This document shows positions 1 through 9,907 of a stretch of DNA of 64,000 nucleotides, one piece after another; the first letter of the stretch is position 1, and each line of letters opens with the position of its first letter. Below the pieces are notes generated by a model that saw only the letters and a program-made list of their open reading frames with translations, had not been told where the DNA came from and made no database searches. The position numbers and the translations under genes are program-made. Source of the DNA: Candidatus Dojkabacteria bacterium (GTDB taxonomy: Bacteria > Patescibacteriota > Dojkabacteria > B142 > JAFGFJ01); contig JAFGFJ010000006.1 of assembly GCA_016931155.1 (NCBI GenBank), positions 472,652-536,651 of the forward strand. The letters are read 5' to 3'.

Positions 1-743
1 GCGGCTCTTACCATATCGAACCACATATGCATGTGCATAGCTATCTCATCTCCGAATTTTGCTTTTCTATCAAGTACCCAGTTTGTCCAGAAGTTGTAGT
101 TGGCAGGACCAAATGCAGTGTAGATTCTCGGATTGAACATATGAGTCATTGGCATATTGTGATGATCCTTACTTAGTTGATCCATCTGGTTCAAAAAGGT
201 GTTCGATACATCCATTCCTTCCCAGTCTATTGTCCATGCTGAGTATAGAGCGTATGAAATATTTATTTCTACGGGCGTGCTTTTTACTTCTGATACGTTA
301 CTTCCTTCCTTTGGTATTGCTCCGATCAGTTTGTATTTACCTGGTGTGATATTTGTACTGTCAATAATTCCTTCATAGGTATTGTCTGAAGTCTTTTCCA
401 TGTTACCTGAAAAATCGGTATCCTCAAGCCTCCATTTCATATCAAGGTCTTTATCTATGTAGGCGTCTGTAACTGTAACACTGAACTTTGCTTGATTCTC
501 TCCGTTCTTAAACTCAACACCTTTGAGTATCCATTTTCTGCTTGTTGCTCCGGTAAATTCATACACATCTTTCTTTTTGTTTGACTTATACTGTTCGACC
601 GATTCGCCTTTCGGGACAAGAGAAAAAACCCCTGCACATACAGCGGCTATAAAAATCAGTAAAGTAAAAAAAGGTAGGACGTCTCTGAAAAAGTTTGTTT
701 TTCTTCTCGCTGGTTTTTGATTTCTTGAAGTGAAGGTTTCCAT
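1..743 (-). CDS. Membrane-anchored polysaccharide deacetylase (CE4/NodB-like) family protein, partial (runs off window start)
   Basis: Not in the ORF track. Manual translation from ATG at 743 is open to base 1: METFTSRNQK, TM helix FFTLLIFIAAVCAGVFSLV, a beta-rich region, then WTIDWEG...MTHMFNP...DEIAMHMH, resembling CE4 motifs 1 and 2. Confidence 0.6.
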   Translation of the reverse strand, partial: METFTSRNQKPARRKTNFFRDVLPFFTLLIFIAAVCAGVFSLVPKGESVEQYKSNKKKDVYEFTGATSRKWILKGVEFKNGENQAKFSVTVTDAYIDKDLDMKWRLEDTDFSGNMEKTSDNTYEGIIDSTNITPGKYKLIGAIPKEGSNVSEVKSTPVEINISYALYSAWTIDWEGMDVSNTFLNQMDQLSKDHHNMPMTHMFNPRIYTAFGPANYNFWTNWVLDRKAKFGDEIAMHMHMWFDMVRA

Positions 744-838
744 ATAAATAATTATACTTCATTCCTGCAAAAATGAGCAATTTTTGATATAATCCATACC
801 ACACTTATTATAGAGATACTAATTATTAACATTAGTGT

Positions 839-1138
839 ATGAAAGTAGACAAACATGTTGATTCCACAGAAGTGGAAAACCTTTTAAAAGCTATCTTAAA
901 GCTCAGAAATATTAACGAAGCAAAAAAGTTTTTTAGAGATTTGATGACAGTACCTGAGATTAAGTCTTTTGCAGGCAGATGGAAATCAGCAAGAATGCTG
1001 GATGAGGGAATTTCGTACAAGGAAATTGAAAAGGAAACGGGAATCAGCAGTGCGACAATAGCAAGAGTCAGTCAATGGCTTAACTACGGAATGGATGGTT
1101 ATAGACTGGTTTTAGACAGGGTGAAAAAGAATAAATAA
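839..1138 (+). CDS. TrpR-like (YerC/YecD) HTH protein
   Basis: FFRDLMTVPEI...RW..ARML..G.SYKEIEKETGISSATIARV..WL.YG..GY is the family signature. Confidence 0.9.
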   Translation: MKVDKHVDSTEVENLLKAILKLRNINEAKKFFRDLMTVPEIKSFAGRWKSARMLDEGISYKEIEKETGISSATIARVSQWLNYGMDGYRLVLDRVKKNK

Positions 1139-1157
1139 ATAATTAATTATTAATCTA

Positions 1158-1622
1158 TTGCAAATGCCTGAAGGAAAAATAACGGAAAAAATACGAGACT
1201 TATTGATTCCAGAAGAAATTTCCATAATGACCGATGAGTTCTGTCGTGCTACTGATATCTATAAAGCTCTTGGGCTGGCTTCAGGTGAACAGCAAGTATT
1301 CAGGGGTCAGTTTATTGCTTCACTATATCAGGCAATGCCTGGTAGGATTTTATCTTCATATGTTAATTCTGTTTTAGAGAAAAGGGTTGCTGACTTGTGT
1401 GACATAGAGATAGCCCAACTTGGGCTTAACTCTCCTCGCATAAGTTTTATTCGTGCTTCAGCTATGTCTTTGGCATATGAATATTTTGAAGCATTAAATT
1501 GTGCAAATGAAAATAGTAAAGCAGTTGATTGGGCGGGGATACCAGAAATTAATAATCGTGCTTTAGATAAAATTTTTCTTAGGATTGAAGTGGATAGCAA
1601 TACAATTAAAGATCTTCAGTGA
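1158..1622 (+). CDS. Hypothetical protein (ATG at 1164 is the likely start)
   Basis: 154-aa ORF directly after the TrpR-like gene; no recognised motif. Confidence 0.6.
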   Translation: MQMPEGKITEKIRDLLIPEEISIMTDEFCRATDIYKALGLASGEQQVFRGQFIASLYQAMPGRILSSYVNSVLEKRVADLCDIEIAQLGLNSPRISFIRASAMSLAYEYFEALNCANENSKAVDWAGIPEINNRALDKIFLRIEVDSNTIKDLQ

Positions 1623-1800
1623 AATTTATTTTAATCTTAGAGATAAAGTTTTCTGTTGATGAAGCTATTTGAGTAGCTGTCTGTACGCTACAAAAATAGT
1701 AGTATTTATATTTGTGATTATGTTTACCAAATACGTATTGAAGCTGAGCCGATCATTGTACTTGTTTATATGAGGAATTGTTTTTTGTTTCTTCTTTCTT

Positions 1801-1830
1801 GCCGGTGTAAACCCGGTTTTTTTTTGTTTT
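1801..1830 (+). terminator. Possible intrinsic terminator
   Basis: GCCGG-TGTAAAC-CCGGT hairpin followed by a long T-run, upstream of hisS. Confidence 0.45.
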
Positions 1831-1885
1831 ATAATATCTGTGTTGACTATGGTGTTTAATGAGAATTACTTTTAAAATAAACATT

Positions 1886-3184
1886 ATGAATAAGAATTTA
1901 ATACAAGCCAGAACATTAAAGGGCTTCCGTGATTTTCTGGCGGATGAGCTCAATATGAGAAGAAAAATTTTCGGAATTTTTGAAGACATATTCGAGAAAT
2001 ATGGATATGAGCCTTTGGAAACTTCTAATCTGGAGTACTATGATATTCTTACAGGAAAATATGGTGAGGAAGAAAAATTGATATATAATTTTACTGACTT
2101 TGGGGGAAGAAGAGTTGGGATGAGGTATGATCTGACAGTCCCGACAGCGAGGGTGTATGCACAGTACAAAGATAAGTTGCCACTTCCATGGAAGAGGTAC
2201 GCTATTCAGAAGGTTTGGAGGGCAGATAATACTCAAAAGGGAAGATATAGGGAATTCTATCAGATGGATGCAGATTCTATAGGGGTGGCTTCTATGATTT
2301 CTGATACTGAATTTATTGATATGGGAATTGAGATAATACAGCAATTGGGATTTCAGGATTTTGAGGTGCAGATAAATAACAGGAAAATATTGAATGCTGT
2401 TGCCAAATATGCAGGAAGAGAAGACAAATTTGAAGACATTGTTTATGCAGTTGACAAATGGGAAAAAAGACCAGAAAAAGAAACCAGAGAGGATCTTTTG
2501 AATAGAGGATTAAGGGCAAAAGAAGTTGATAAAATTTTTGAGTGTATTGAGCTGGAGGTTGATGGCAATTATGAACAGCTTGATAATCTACAGGAGAAGT
2601 TTTTTAATATACCTGAAGGTCTTGAAGGGATAAAGGAGCTTAAAGAAATATTTAATCTTCTTCAGCAGAAGGACTTCTTGAAGTATAAGCCGACAATTTC
2701 CAGAGGGCTTGTGTATTATACTGGGCCGGTATGGGAGTGGGTGATTCTGGAAGGAGGAGTGGGTTCAATTGGTGGTTGCGGCAGATATGATAAATTGATT
2801 GGTTCAATGCTTGGAGAGGATATCCCTGCTACTGGTGGAAGTTTTGGAGTGGAACGCATAATCGAAGTAATGAAAGATAGAAATATGCTTCTTAAGGAAG
2901 ACAAAAAAGAAGATTTACTGGTCACAATTTTCAATGAAGAGTACATCCAGAAAAGCTACGGGATAGCCACAGAAATCAGAAGGCAAGGTCTGACCGTAAT
3001 ACTATACCCCGATATCAAACCTCTAAAAAAACAACTTGAGTTTGCCGATAAGAAATCTATTGATTGGGTGGTGATAATAGGTGAGGAGGAAGAAAAAGAA
3101 AATGTTGTAACTGTGAGGAATATGAAGAGTGGCGAGCAGAGAAAAGTGAAAGTGGGGCAGGTGAAAGATCTTGTGCAAAATTAG
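1886..3184 (+). CDS. hisS: Histidine--tRNA ligase
   Basis: KGFRDF, RYDLTVP, GRYREFYQ.D.D, RGL.YYTG, GGCGRYD and a C-terminal anticodon domain; start taken at MNKNLI (1886). Confidence 0.97.
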   Translation: MNKNLIQARTLKGFRDFLADELNMRRKIFGIFEDIFEKYGYEPLETSNLEYYDILTGKYGEEEKLIYNFTDFGGRRVGMRYDLTVPTARVYAQYKDKLPLPWKRYAIQKVWRADNTQKGRYREFYQMDADSIGVASMISDTEFIDMGIEIIQQLGFQDFEVQINNRKILNAVAKYAGREDKFEDIVYAVDKWEKRPEKETREDLLNRGLRAKEVDKIFECIELEVDGNYEQLDNLQEKFFNIPEGLEGIKELKEIFNLLQQKDFLKYKPTISRGLVYYTGPVWEWVILEGGVGSIGGCGRYDKLIGSMLGEDIPATGGSFGVERIIEVMKDRNMLLKEDKKEDLLVTIFNEEYIQKSYGIATEIRRQGLTVILYPDIKPLKKQLEFADKKSIDWVVIIGEEEEKENVVTVRNMKSGEQRKVKVGQVKDLVQN

Positions 3185-3256
3185 TATCAGTAGTTATCTA
3201 TGTCAGAAGATTTGTAAGGGAATGCTATAATACACAATAGTATTTATATAAACATT

Positions 3257-3475
3257 ATGGAAGGAAACAAATATACGATAAGATCAACTGTTCCTGACCA
3301 AGAACTTGGAGGGGTCGAAGTAACTCCTGTGGAAGTGGCGGAGTTAGCGAATAGTATCGATAGGATGTTATCAGCGGTTCCTATTGATATTGATGGTGTT
3401 TTGGTTGGAGATATTGCAGATATGTTGCTTAGTATGTTGAGCGGTAAATCCACAGGTGAAAATATTACACATTAG
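3257..3475 (+). CDS. Small hypothetical protein
   Basis: 72-aa acidic ORF preceded by TATAAT near 3226. Confidence 0.5.
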   Translation: MEGNKYTIRSTVPDQELGGVEVTPVEVAELANSIDRMLSAVPIDIDGVLVGDIADMLLSMLSGKSTGENITH

Positions 3476-3676
3476 TAAATTCCTGGTAAACGATCCTTTT
3501 TTCGTGGATCTGGAATTTTAATGTTTTAGCTATTTTTTTCACTCGGAAATACTTACCGAATAACACAATTGTTGGGAAAAATATTATTTAAAATTCTCAC
3601 CGCTAACTTACTTCCCAATTTGTCTGAAGTGTGCTTTAATGGAAATTGTGTATTTTGCACATGTTATGTCTCGAAA

Positions 3677-4441
3677 ATGAAAATGAAATCGATTATTTCT
3701 GTAATAAACTTAAAAAAGGATTACGGAACTTTAAAGGCGGTAAAAGGGGTTTCCTTTGATGTATACAAGGATGAGGTTTTTGGAATACTGGGTCCGAATG
3801 GAGCCGGGAAAACAACGACTCTTGAGATGATGGAAGGGTTGAGGAAAATAGATTCAGGAAAAGTGATGATTGACGGGATTGACGCTCAGAAGTGCCCTGA
3901 CAAAATAAAGAATATTACTGGGGTTCAGTTGCAGGCTACTGCGGTCTTTGATTATTTGACCCTTGCAGAGCTTCTCGATCTATATGCAAGCTTTTATGGT
4001 AGAAAAATTGATTCACTTGAGCTTCTGGATAAGGTTGACCTGGAAGACAAGAAGGGCTTCTTTGTTGATAGCCTTTCAGGAGGTCAAAAACAAAGGTTTT
4101 CAATTGCAATAGCACTAGTAAATGATCCGAAGGTTATTTTTCTTGATGAACCCAGTACAGGGCTTGACCCTCAAGCGAGAAGAAATCTTTGGGATCTTGT
4201 CAAAGAACTTAGATTGAGTGACAAAAAAACGGTTGTTTTAACTACGCATTACATGGATGAGGCGGAGTATCTTTGCGATAGGGTTGCAGTGATGGATCAT
4301 GGTGATGTTGTTGCATTGGACACTCCTGATAATTTGATAAATGAGTTATTGAAAAAGGGCTTTAAGAAAAAGGTTGAAGTAAAGCCAGCAAATCTTGAGG
4401 ATGTGTTTATTGATCTGACGGGTCACAGTTTAAGAGAGTGA
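3677..4441 (+). CDS. ABC-2 type exporter ATP-binding protein
   Basis: Walker A GPNGAGKTT, signature LSGGQKQR, Walker B FLDEP, TTHYM; start taken at MKMKS (3677). Confidence 0.95.
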   Translation: MKMKSIISVINLKKDYGTLKAVKGVSFDVYKDEVFGILGPNGAGKTTTLEMMEGLRKIDSGKVMIDGIDAQKCPDKIKNITGVQLQATAVFDYLTLAELLDLYASFYGRKIDSLELLDKVDLEDKKGFFVDSLSGGQKQRFSIAIALVNDPKVIFLDEPSTGLDPQARRNLWDLVKELRLSDKKTVVLTTHYMDEAEYLCDRVAVMDHGDVVALDTPDNLINELLKKGFKKKVEVKPANLEDVFIDLTGHSLRE

Positions 4442-4514
4442 TTTTGATAGAAAGACTTCTCTCTTAATAACGGATTTGGATTAGTCTCGAGGAGAAGTCT
4501 TTCTATCAAAATCA
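4439..4514. repeat. 23-bp perfect inverted repeat with 30-nt loop
   Basis: TGATTTTGATAGAAAGACTTCTC (4439-4461) / GAGAAGTCTTTCTATCAAAATCA (4492-4514). Confidence 0.9.
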
Positions 4515-4534
4515 AATCTAAACATATTAATAAA

Positions 4535-5656
4535 ATGGTTTCAAAAACTTTCATTCCTTTAACAATCGCATCAATAAAAATGTTTTTCAGGGACAGGCAG
4601 GCCTTGTTCTGGAGCCTATTTTTTCCAATTGTAATTATGGGTATTTTTGGTCTTATTGATTTCTCAAGATTTACTATTGACCTTGGAATTGTTGTTGCTG
4701 AGGAAAATAAGTTGGAGTTTGCTGGGATTGTTGAAGGATTAAAACAAAATGCAGCATTCAACGTAACTGAAGGAAATTATGCTGACGAAGAGGCTGAACT
4801 GATAGATGACAAGCGTGATCTTATTCTGGTTTTGAACAAGAATGATGAGGGAGTTATTGAAGCTGAAGCATTGATTAATGCCTCTACTCAAACTCAAAGC
4901 AGTGCTATTGCGAAAGAAATAAAAGACATGCTTGAATCAAATATTCTGAACCAGGCAAATGTACAACTGCCATTTAGATTCAAAGAACAGATTATAGATG
5001 TTAATGATCTTACGCCTTTAAACTTTATACTACCGGGCGTTTTAGGGATTGCACTTATGAATAATTCTATGTTTGGAGTTGCGGGCGGAATAGTACGAAA
5101 TAGGGAGAGGAATGCTCTGAAAAGTCTTTTTGCCACACCTTTGAAAAAGTCTGACTTTCTGCTTTCTCAGGTAATTACCAGGCTGGTAGTATCAATGATG
5201 CAGGTGGTGATTCTATTTGCATTGCCGATTAGTGTAAACCGTGTTTCGGGATTAATTCAAGGAATTCCTCCTGAAGAGGCTGTTTTTTATTTTAAGGTAG
5301 TTGGAAGCTGGTTTGATCTTTTTGCTGTTGCAGTATTTGGAGCGGTGGTTTTTATTAATTTTGGATTTATGGTGTCAGCTCTCTCCAAGACCTATAATCA
5401 AGCGGTATCTCTAGTGAATATTGTTGCTACTCCTATGATGTTCTTGTCTGGAGCATTTTTCCCCAAGGAGGTTTTGCCAAAATTTTTGCAAAGTATTGCT
5501 GGTTACTTCCCGCTTACATTTCTTGTTGACGGGATGAGGGAAGTCATGAATAAAGGTGCAGGCTTTGTTGAGATAGAAATCCAGCTTGCAGGTCTTCTAA
5601 TATGGGCTTTGCTTATTTTCGTCCTTGCAACAAGACTGTTCAAGTGGGAAAGCTAA
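4535..5656 (+). CDS. ABC-2 type exporter permease
   Basis: FFRDRQALFWSLFFP, extracellular loop, five C-terminal TMs, FLSGAFFP...PLT; follows the ATPase. Confidence 0.93.
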   Translation: MVSKTFIPLTIASIKMFFRDRQALFWSLFFPIVIMGIFGLIDFSRFTIDLGIVVAEENKLEFAGIVEGLKQNAAFNVTEGNYADEEAELIDDKRDLILVLNKNDEGVIEAEALINASTQTQSSAIAKEIKDMLESNILNQANVQLPFRFKEQIIDVNDLTPLNFILPGVLGIALMNNSMFGVAGGIVRNRERNALKSLFATPLKKSDFLLSQVITRLVVSMMQVVILFALPISVNRVSGLIQGIPPEEAVFYFKVVGSWFDLFAVAVFGAVVFINFGFMVSALSKTYNQAVSLVNIVATPMMFLSGAFFPKEVLPKFLQSIAGYFPLTFLVDGMREVMNKGAGFVEIEIQLAGLLIWALLIFVLATRLFKWES

Positions 5657-5742
5657 TATTTTTATTTCTCAAATAATCAGTTATACTTCTCTTGTACTGG
5701 TATTTTGTTTGTATTAAGTTATCAATATATTAATTCATAATT

Positions 5743-6336
5743 ATGTCTGACATAGCAAACCTCTCGGATAGAGTATATAGGCAAATGATAAATCCTCTTT
5801 TTGAACTTCCTGTTGGAGATGATGCTCCAAAAGAGATAAATATGCTTGTCGAGACTCCAATGGGTTCAATTAATAAGTTTGAGTTCCATACGAATACGGG
5901 TCTTATCAAACTTGACAGAGTTCTTTTCGAGAAACTTCCTTATCCTATTGAGTATGGAGCGATTCCTCAAACCTGGGATGAGGATGAAGATCTTCTTGAC
6001 ATTATGTCTTTGATTACATATCCGACATTCCCTGGTTGTTTAATTTCCGTAAGACCGATTGGGGTGATGATGTTCAATGATGGTGGAGAAAAAGACGATA
6101 AGATATTAGCAGTTCCAGTTAATGATATTAGATTCAGCAATGTAAAAAGTCTTGATGATATTAGTGAGCATCAAAAAGATGAAATCGCTTTCTTTTTTGA
6201 AAGGTATAAGGATCTTCAATTTAAGTATAAAGGTGAAAAAGATAAAAAAGTTGTTGTCGAAGGGTGGGGAGAGACTGAAGCAGCATACAAAATAATTGGA
6301 GATGCACAGGAACTATTTATAAAGACGTTTAGTTGA
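5743..6336 (+). CDS. ppa: Inorganic pyrophosphatase (family I)
   Basis: E.P.GS.NK.E, LDRVL, YP..YG.IPQT..EDEDLLD, D.GEKDDKILAVP, FF..YK. Confidence 0.95.
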   Translation: MSDIANLSDRVYRQMINPLFELPVGDDAPKEINMLVETPMGSINKFEFHTNTGLIKLDRVLFEKLPYPIEYGAIPQTWDEDEDLLDIMSLITYPTFPGCLISVRPIGVMMFNDGGEKDDKILAVPVNDIRFSNVKSLDDISEHQKDEIAFFFERYKDLQFKYKGEKDKKVVVEGWGETEAAYKIIGDAQELFIKTFS

Positions 6337-6345
6337 GATTATTAT

Positions 6346-8379
6346 CTACGAATCACGTATTATAGTCGACCCGGGAACCTCTCTTTCGATATGATTTAAT
6401 AATTCTTGATAACTTTTTATATGCGGATGAATAGAATCTCTTCTTATGTTCATCTCGTGGAAATATCTTGCTGCATATACCAGATCAGTGATGGCTGTGG
6501 AATCACACAGTGGGCTGCCTTGCAGGTCAGGGATTGACATGAACTGATGTACGGTTCTACGCAGGTAGTTTGCAATTGCATCTATTGAAGTCTTATCACT
6601 ATCAGAATCTTTTTTTGTATTATTTTTTATTGCGCAAACCCCACCTATAATATGGATTTTTTCTACTAAACCAAACAGTTGATAACTATACTCAGGAGGT
6701 ATTTTGAGAAGTGTATCGAGATTAAAATCAGACAAATTACCAGAGAAAAAGTCAAGCTCAAAGTGAAAGTCTTGATCTAAATTGGGTCTAATCAATTTTT
6801 CATAGATCTGAATTGCGATTTGGAGTCGAATTTTTTTGTCATTTTCTGTAAGACTATCAAGGAAGGATCCATAAAAAACCGAATTTTCTCCAAGATTAAA
6901 ATCAAATAATTCTGCAGGAGTGTAGTTAACTAAACCTTTTATGCCCAGTTTCTCATTCCCGAAAGTAAGAGCTTTTATTGCTTCGATATAAGTAGCAATA
7001 TATTTTGTATAGCTTTCTGTGCTAAATGTTTCTGGATACATATTTATAAAGGGTGTGGGGAATTTCCCCAGGTGCTCAATTGCATGACCAGATTCGTGCC
7101 AGAGTGAACGATAGTATCCTGGTCTTATAGTTTGAAGTGTAAGATCTATGCTTTCACCTTTGAAAGTGTTTTTTTCTGCATTTAGGCTTAATCTTTTTGG
7201 AAGGGTAAGCATTGCCAGCGGAAAAATTAATCCAAATTCCGTTTCAAGAAAATCTCTTGTTCCCAAAATATTGACTGAGGGGTCAACAGGGATGTCAATA
7301 TTTCTTGCTATCTTTGGTATTACTGTTCTTAATTCTTCTGTATAATTTTCCGGCTCAATTTTGGTATTAGAAAATATCTCATATAATCCTCTTATTTGTT
7401 CATCATCTGATCTGGAAGGATTTTCTCCAGTAGATATTAAAGTATATAACATGTCTGGCATTGCTATCATCCGGACAAAGGGAAGTTGAGACAATCCTAG
7501 TTTTTCTGCAAATGATTGAATAGATGTGTGGAGTTCTGAGAGTAGTGATAATTTCTCAGGACTAATCTGACTGACAAATTCAGAAGTTGGGGCTCTGTTT
7601 TCCTCAAGGGTTTTTGTGGTCGCCTCTGTTTGTAATGCTGGATCATTGGTGTTTTCATTTGGGTGTCTTGTAACTGGTTCATTTGGTTGTTCAGTACTCC
7701 CGCTATCACCTTTTGAAGGTATAAGATTAGTCCCTACCCCTGTGGCTCCTAGTGTAATACAAAAAAAAACTATTTTTTTGAGAACATTTCTTCTGTTTCT
7801 TTCGTGCGGTAACAGACTGTTATCTTTGATTTTTTTTCTTGCATTTTTTGCCAGTTCTTTTGTTCGTTTATCTTTTGCATAAGACTCCAATAGTTCAAGT
7901 CTAACAACGTATTGCAGTTGATCAGTATTGTGCCTTCCATCAAACGGTCGATTTCTTTGATTGTCTTTAGAAGGATCAGTTTTCAATGCACCCTCAGTTA
8001 GAGCTTTGATCAATTCCTTGTTACTCAACGGTTCATATCCTAATGTTTCTGCTGATCTTTTTACTTCTGTAATTGTTTTGAGCATTGCAGTAGATGTTTC
8101 TCTATCAAGTACGATTTTTTCAAGATCCAGGAGGGAAAGAGTATGAACAGTCAATAAAATGTCTTCACTGTTTTTTTCATCGTAATAGTAGGCATTATCA
8201 ATTCTTTCTAAAATGTGTTCAATGAAATGAGTGAGTCTTATGGGGTCAGCATTCAAGTACCTTCCTTTTATTGGATTAGTTGCTATCCCAGAGTCACCGC
8301 TGAAGAATATGTCACCAAACGTAAAATCTGGGGAATACATGGTTGCAGAAGCACTTTCTGTTTTATCTGGTAAGACCAT
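6346..8379 (-). CDS. Hypothetical single-pass membrane protein with HExxH zincin-like motif
   Basis: 677 aa; internal TM IVFFCITLGATGVG after a basic patch, a low-complexity linker, then LWHESGHAIEH. Confidence 0.55.
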   Translation of the reverse strand: MVLPDKTESASATMYSPDFTFGDIFFSGDSGIATNPIKGRYLNADPIRLTHFIEHILERIDNAYYYDEKNSEDILLTVHTLSLLDLEKIVLDRETSTAMLKTITEVKRSAETLGYEPLSNKELIKALTEGALKTDPSKDNQRNRPFDGRHNTDQLQYVVRLELLESYAKDKRTKELAKNARKKIKDNSLLPHERNRRNVLKKIVFFCITLGATGVGTNLIPSKGDSGSTEQPNEPVTRHPNENTNDPALQTEATTKTLEENRAPTSEFVSQISPEKLSLLSELHTSIQSFAEKLGLSQLPFVRMIAMPDMLYTLISTGENPSRSDDEQIRGLYEIFSNTKIEPENYTEELRTVIPKIARNIDIPVDPSVNILGTRDFLETEFGLIFPLAMLTLPKRLSLNAEKNTFKGESIDLTLQTIRPGYYRSLWHESGHAIEHLGKFPTPFINMYPETFSTESYTKYIATYIEAIKALTFGNEKLGIKGLVNYTPAELFDFNLGENSVFYGSFLDSLTENDKKIRLQIAIQIYEKLIRPNLDQDFHFELDFFSGNLSDFNLDTLLKIPPEYSYQLFGLVEKIHIIGGVCAIKNNTKKDSDSDKTSIDAIANYLRRTVHQFMSIPDLQGSPLCDSTAITDLVYAARYFHEMNIRRDSIHPHIKSYQELLNHIEREVPGSTIIRDS

Positions 8380-8426
8380 CTATTTGATACCTATGGCGCA
8401 TTATACCATAGATAAATTATATGTAT

Positions 8427-9518
8427 TTATTTACTGTTGCTGTATATTACTCCTCCGCCCAGGCATTCTTCTTTGTTGTAGATTGCTGCACTTTGTCCTT
8501 CTGTGATAGCTCTCTGGGGTTTGTAAAAGGTTATCCTTGCATTGCTTCCTGAGATGTCAATAACAGCTTTTTGCGGTGTTTGTCTGTATCTTACAGATAC
8601 ATCTACTTTCCTGGAGGAAGGCATATTTATCCAATTTATGTCGCAAATTGGCATTTCTTTTTTGAAAAGAGCAGGGTTGTTCCTTCCCATCGCTACGAAC
8701 AGAATATTTCTTTTCAGATCCTTATTTACTACAAAGTACGGTTCTTCAACTCCACCTATTTTTAAACCTTCTCTTTGCCCAACTGTATAAAAAATTACAC
8801 CATCATGATCTCCAACTACATCTCCGGTGTTTATATCGAGTATCTTCCCTGACTTTTCCTTTAACCTTGATCTCAAAAATTTTTTGACGTCAATGTTGCC
8901 AATGAAACATATTCCCTGACTGTCTTTTCTTTTTGCGTTTGGAAGCTTGTATTTTTCAGCGATTTTTCTTACTTCCGGTTTTTCCAAATGGCCGATAGGG
9001 AATAGTGTTTTTGAAAGTTGCTCCTCTGTGATCTTATGGAGAAAGTAACTCTGATCCTTATTCTTATCAACTCCTTTGTAAAGGTGAAATCTTTTATCAT
9101 TTCCCTTTTTAACTCTTGCGTAATGGCCGGTTGCAATAAGGTCTGCACCCTCTTTTTGTGATTTTTCCAGAAAAAGGCCGAATTTTATTTCTTTGTTGCA
9201 CATTACATCGGGGTTTGGGGTTCGTCCTGCTTCATACTCTCTAAAAAAATATTCAACCACTTTTTGTCTGTATTCTTTCTCAAAATTGAATGAGCGAAAT
9301 GGAATATTCAGGATTTGACATACAGACTCTACAATTTTCTGTTCTTCCTCCCATGGGCATTCATCTTGAATCCCATAGTTATCTCCAGACCAATTCTTCA
9401 TGTAAACACCAACAAGGTTGTAACCCTGCTCCTTGAGTAAGGCGGCAGATACAGAACTATCTACTCCGCCGGACATTGCGATAAAAATAGTTTTTGCATA
9501 TTTTCTAGACTTTTTCAT
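8427..9518 (-). CDS. mnmA: tRNA 2-thiouridine(34) synthase
   Basis: AMSGGVDSS, TPNPD..CN..IKF, ATGHYA, KDQSYFL, DSQGICF, GQSA..Y. Confidence 0.97.
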   Translation of the reverse strand: MKKSRKYAKTIFIAMSGGVDSSVSAALLKEQGYNLVGVYMKNWSGDNYGIQDECPWEEEQKIVESVCQILNIPFRSFNFEKEYRQKVVEYFFREYEAGRTPNPDVMCNKEIKFGLFLEKSQKEGADLIATGHYARVKKGNDKRFHLYKGVDKNKDQSYFLHKITEEQLSKTLFPIGHLEKPEVRKIAEKYKLPNAKRKDSQGICFIGNIDVKKFLRSRLKEKSGKILDINTGDVVGDHDGVIFYTVGQREGLKIGGVEEPYFVVNKDLKRNILFVAMGRNNPALFKKEMPICDINWINMPSSRKVDVSVRYRQTPQKAVIDISGSNARITFYKPQRAITEGQSAAIYNKEECLGGGVIYSNSK

Positions 9519-9907
9519 CAGTAGATTATAGCATTCATGCCTGATCTTTAATGTTGATATAACAACACCAAAGAGAAATAAAATTTATATAATAGATATA
9601 TCTTTATATTGAATGGTATAGATAATAATAAGACTGTTGTCAGGCAGGACTGTTTTCGAGTGTGCCAATCAGCAGGAAGAAGCAAATCTAACTTTTGATC
9701 TTCTGATGCTTGATGCAGCCTTTCTAACGATGGTATATATTAGAGCAAATCCAAGGAAGCATAGAAAATGGAAAGTACTTGAAGACCAGACTTTGTAAAA
9801 TTACCTTTAAGCAATATTTCTATTGCTCCACGATTTGCAACGGATAATTTTTATTTTTTCGTTGTTTAGAATTATACCGTTTCAATTCGTTTTAGATCTC
9901 AGTGAAC

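Noticed and set aside
1623-1885. T-box leader for hisS
   Set aside because: A terminator-like hairpin is present, but there is no GGTGGNACC T-box sequence or specifier stem.
9519-9907. Small gene or ncRNA between mnmA and aspS
   Set aside because: A ~58-codon + strand stretch follows ATG-GTA-TAG, but it has no clear start, motif or convincing RNA structure.
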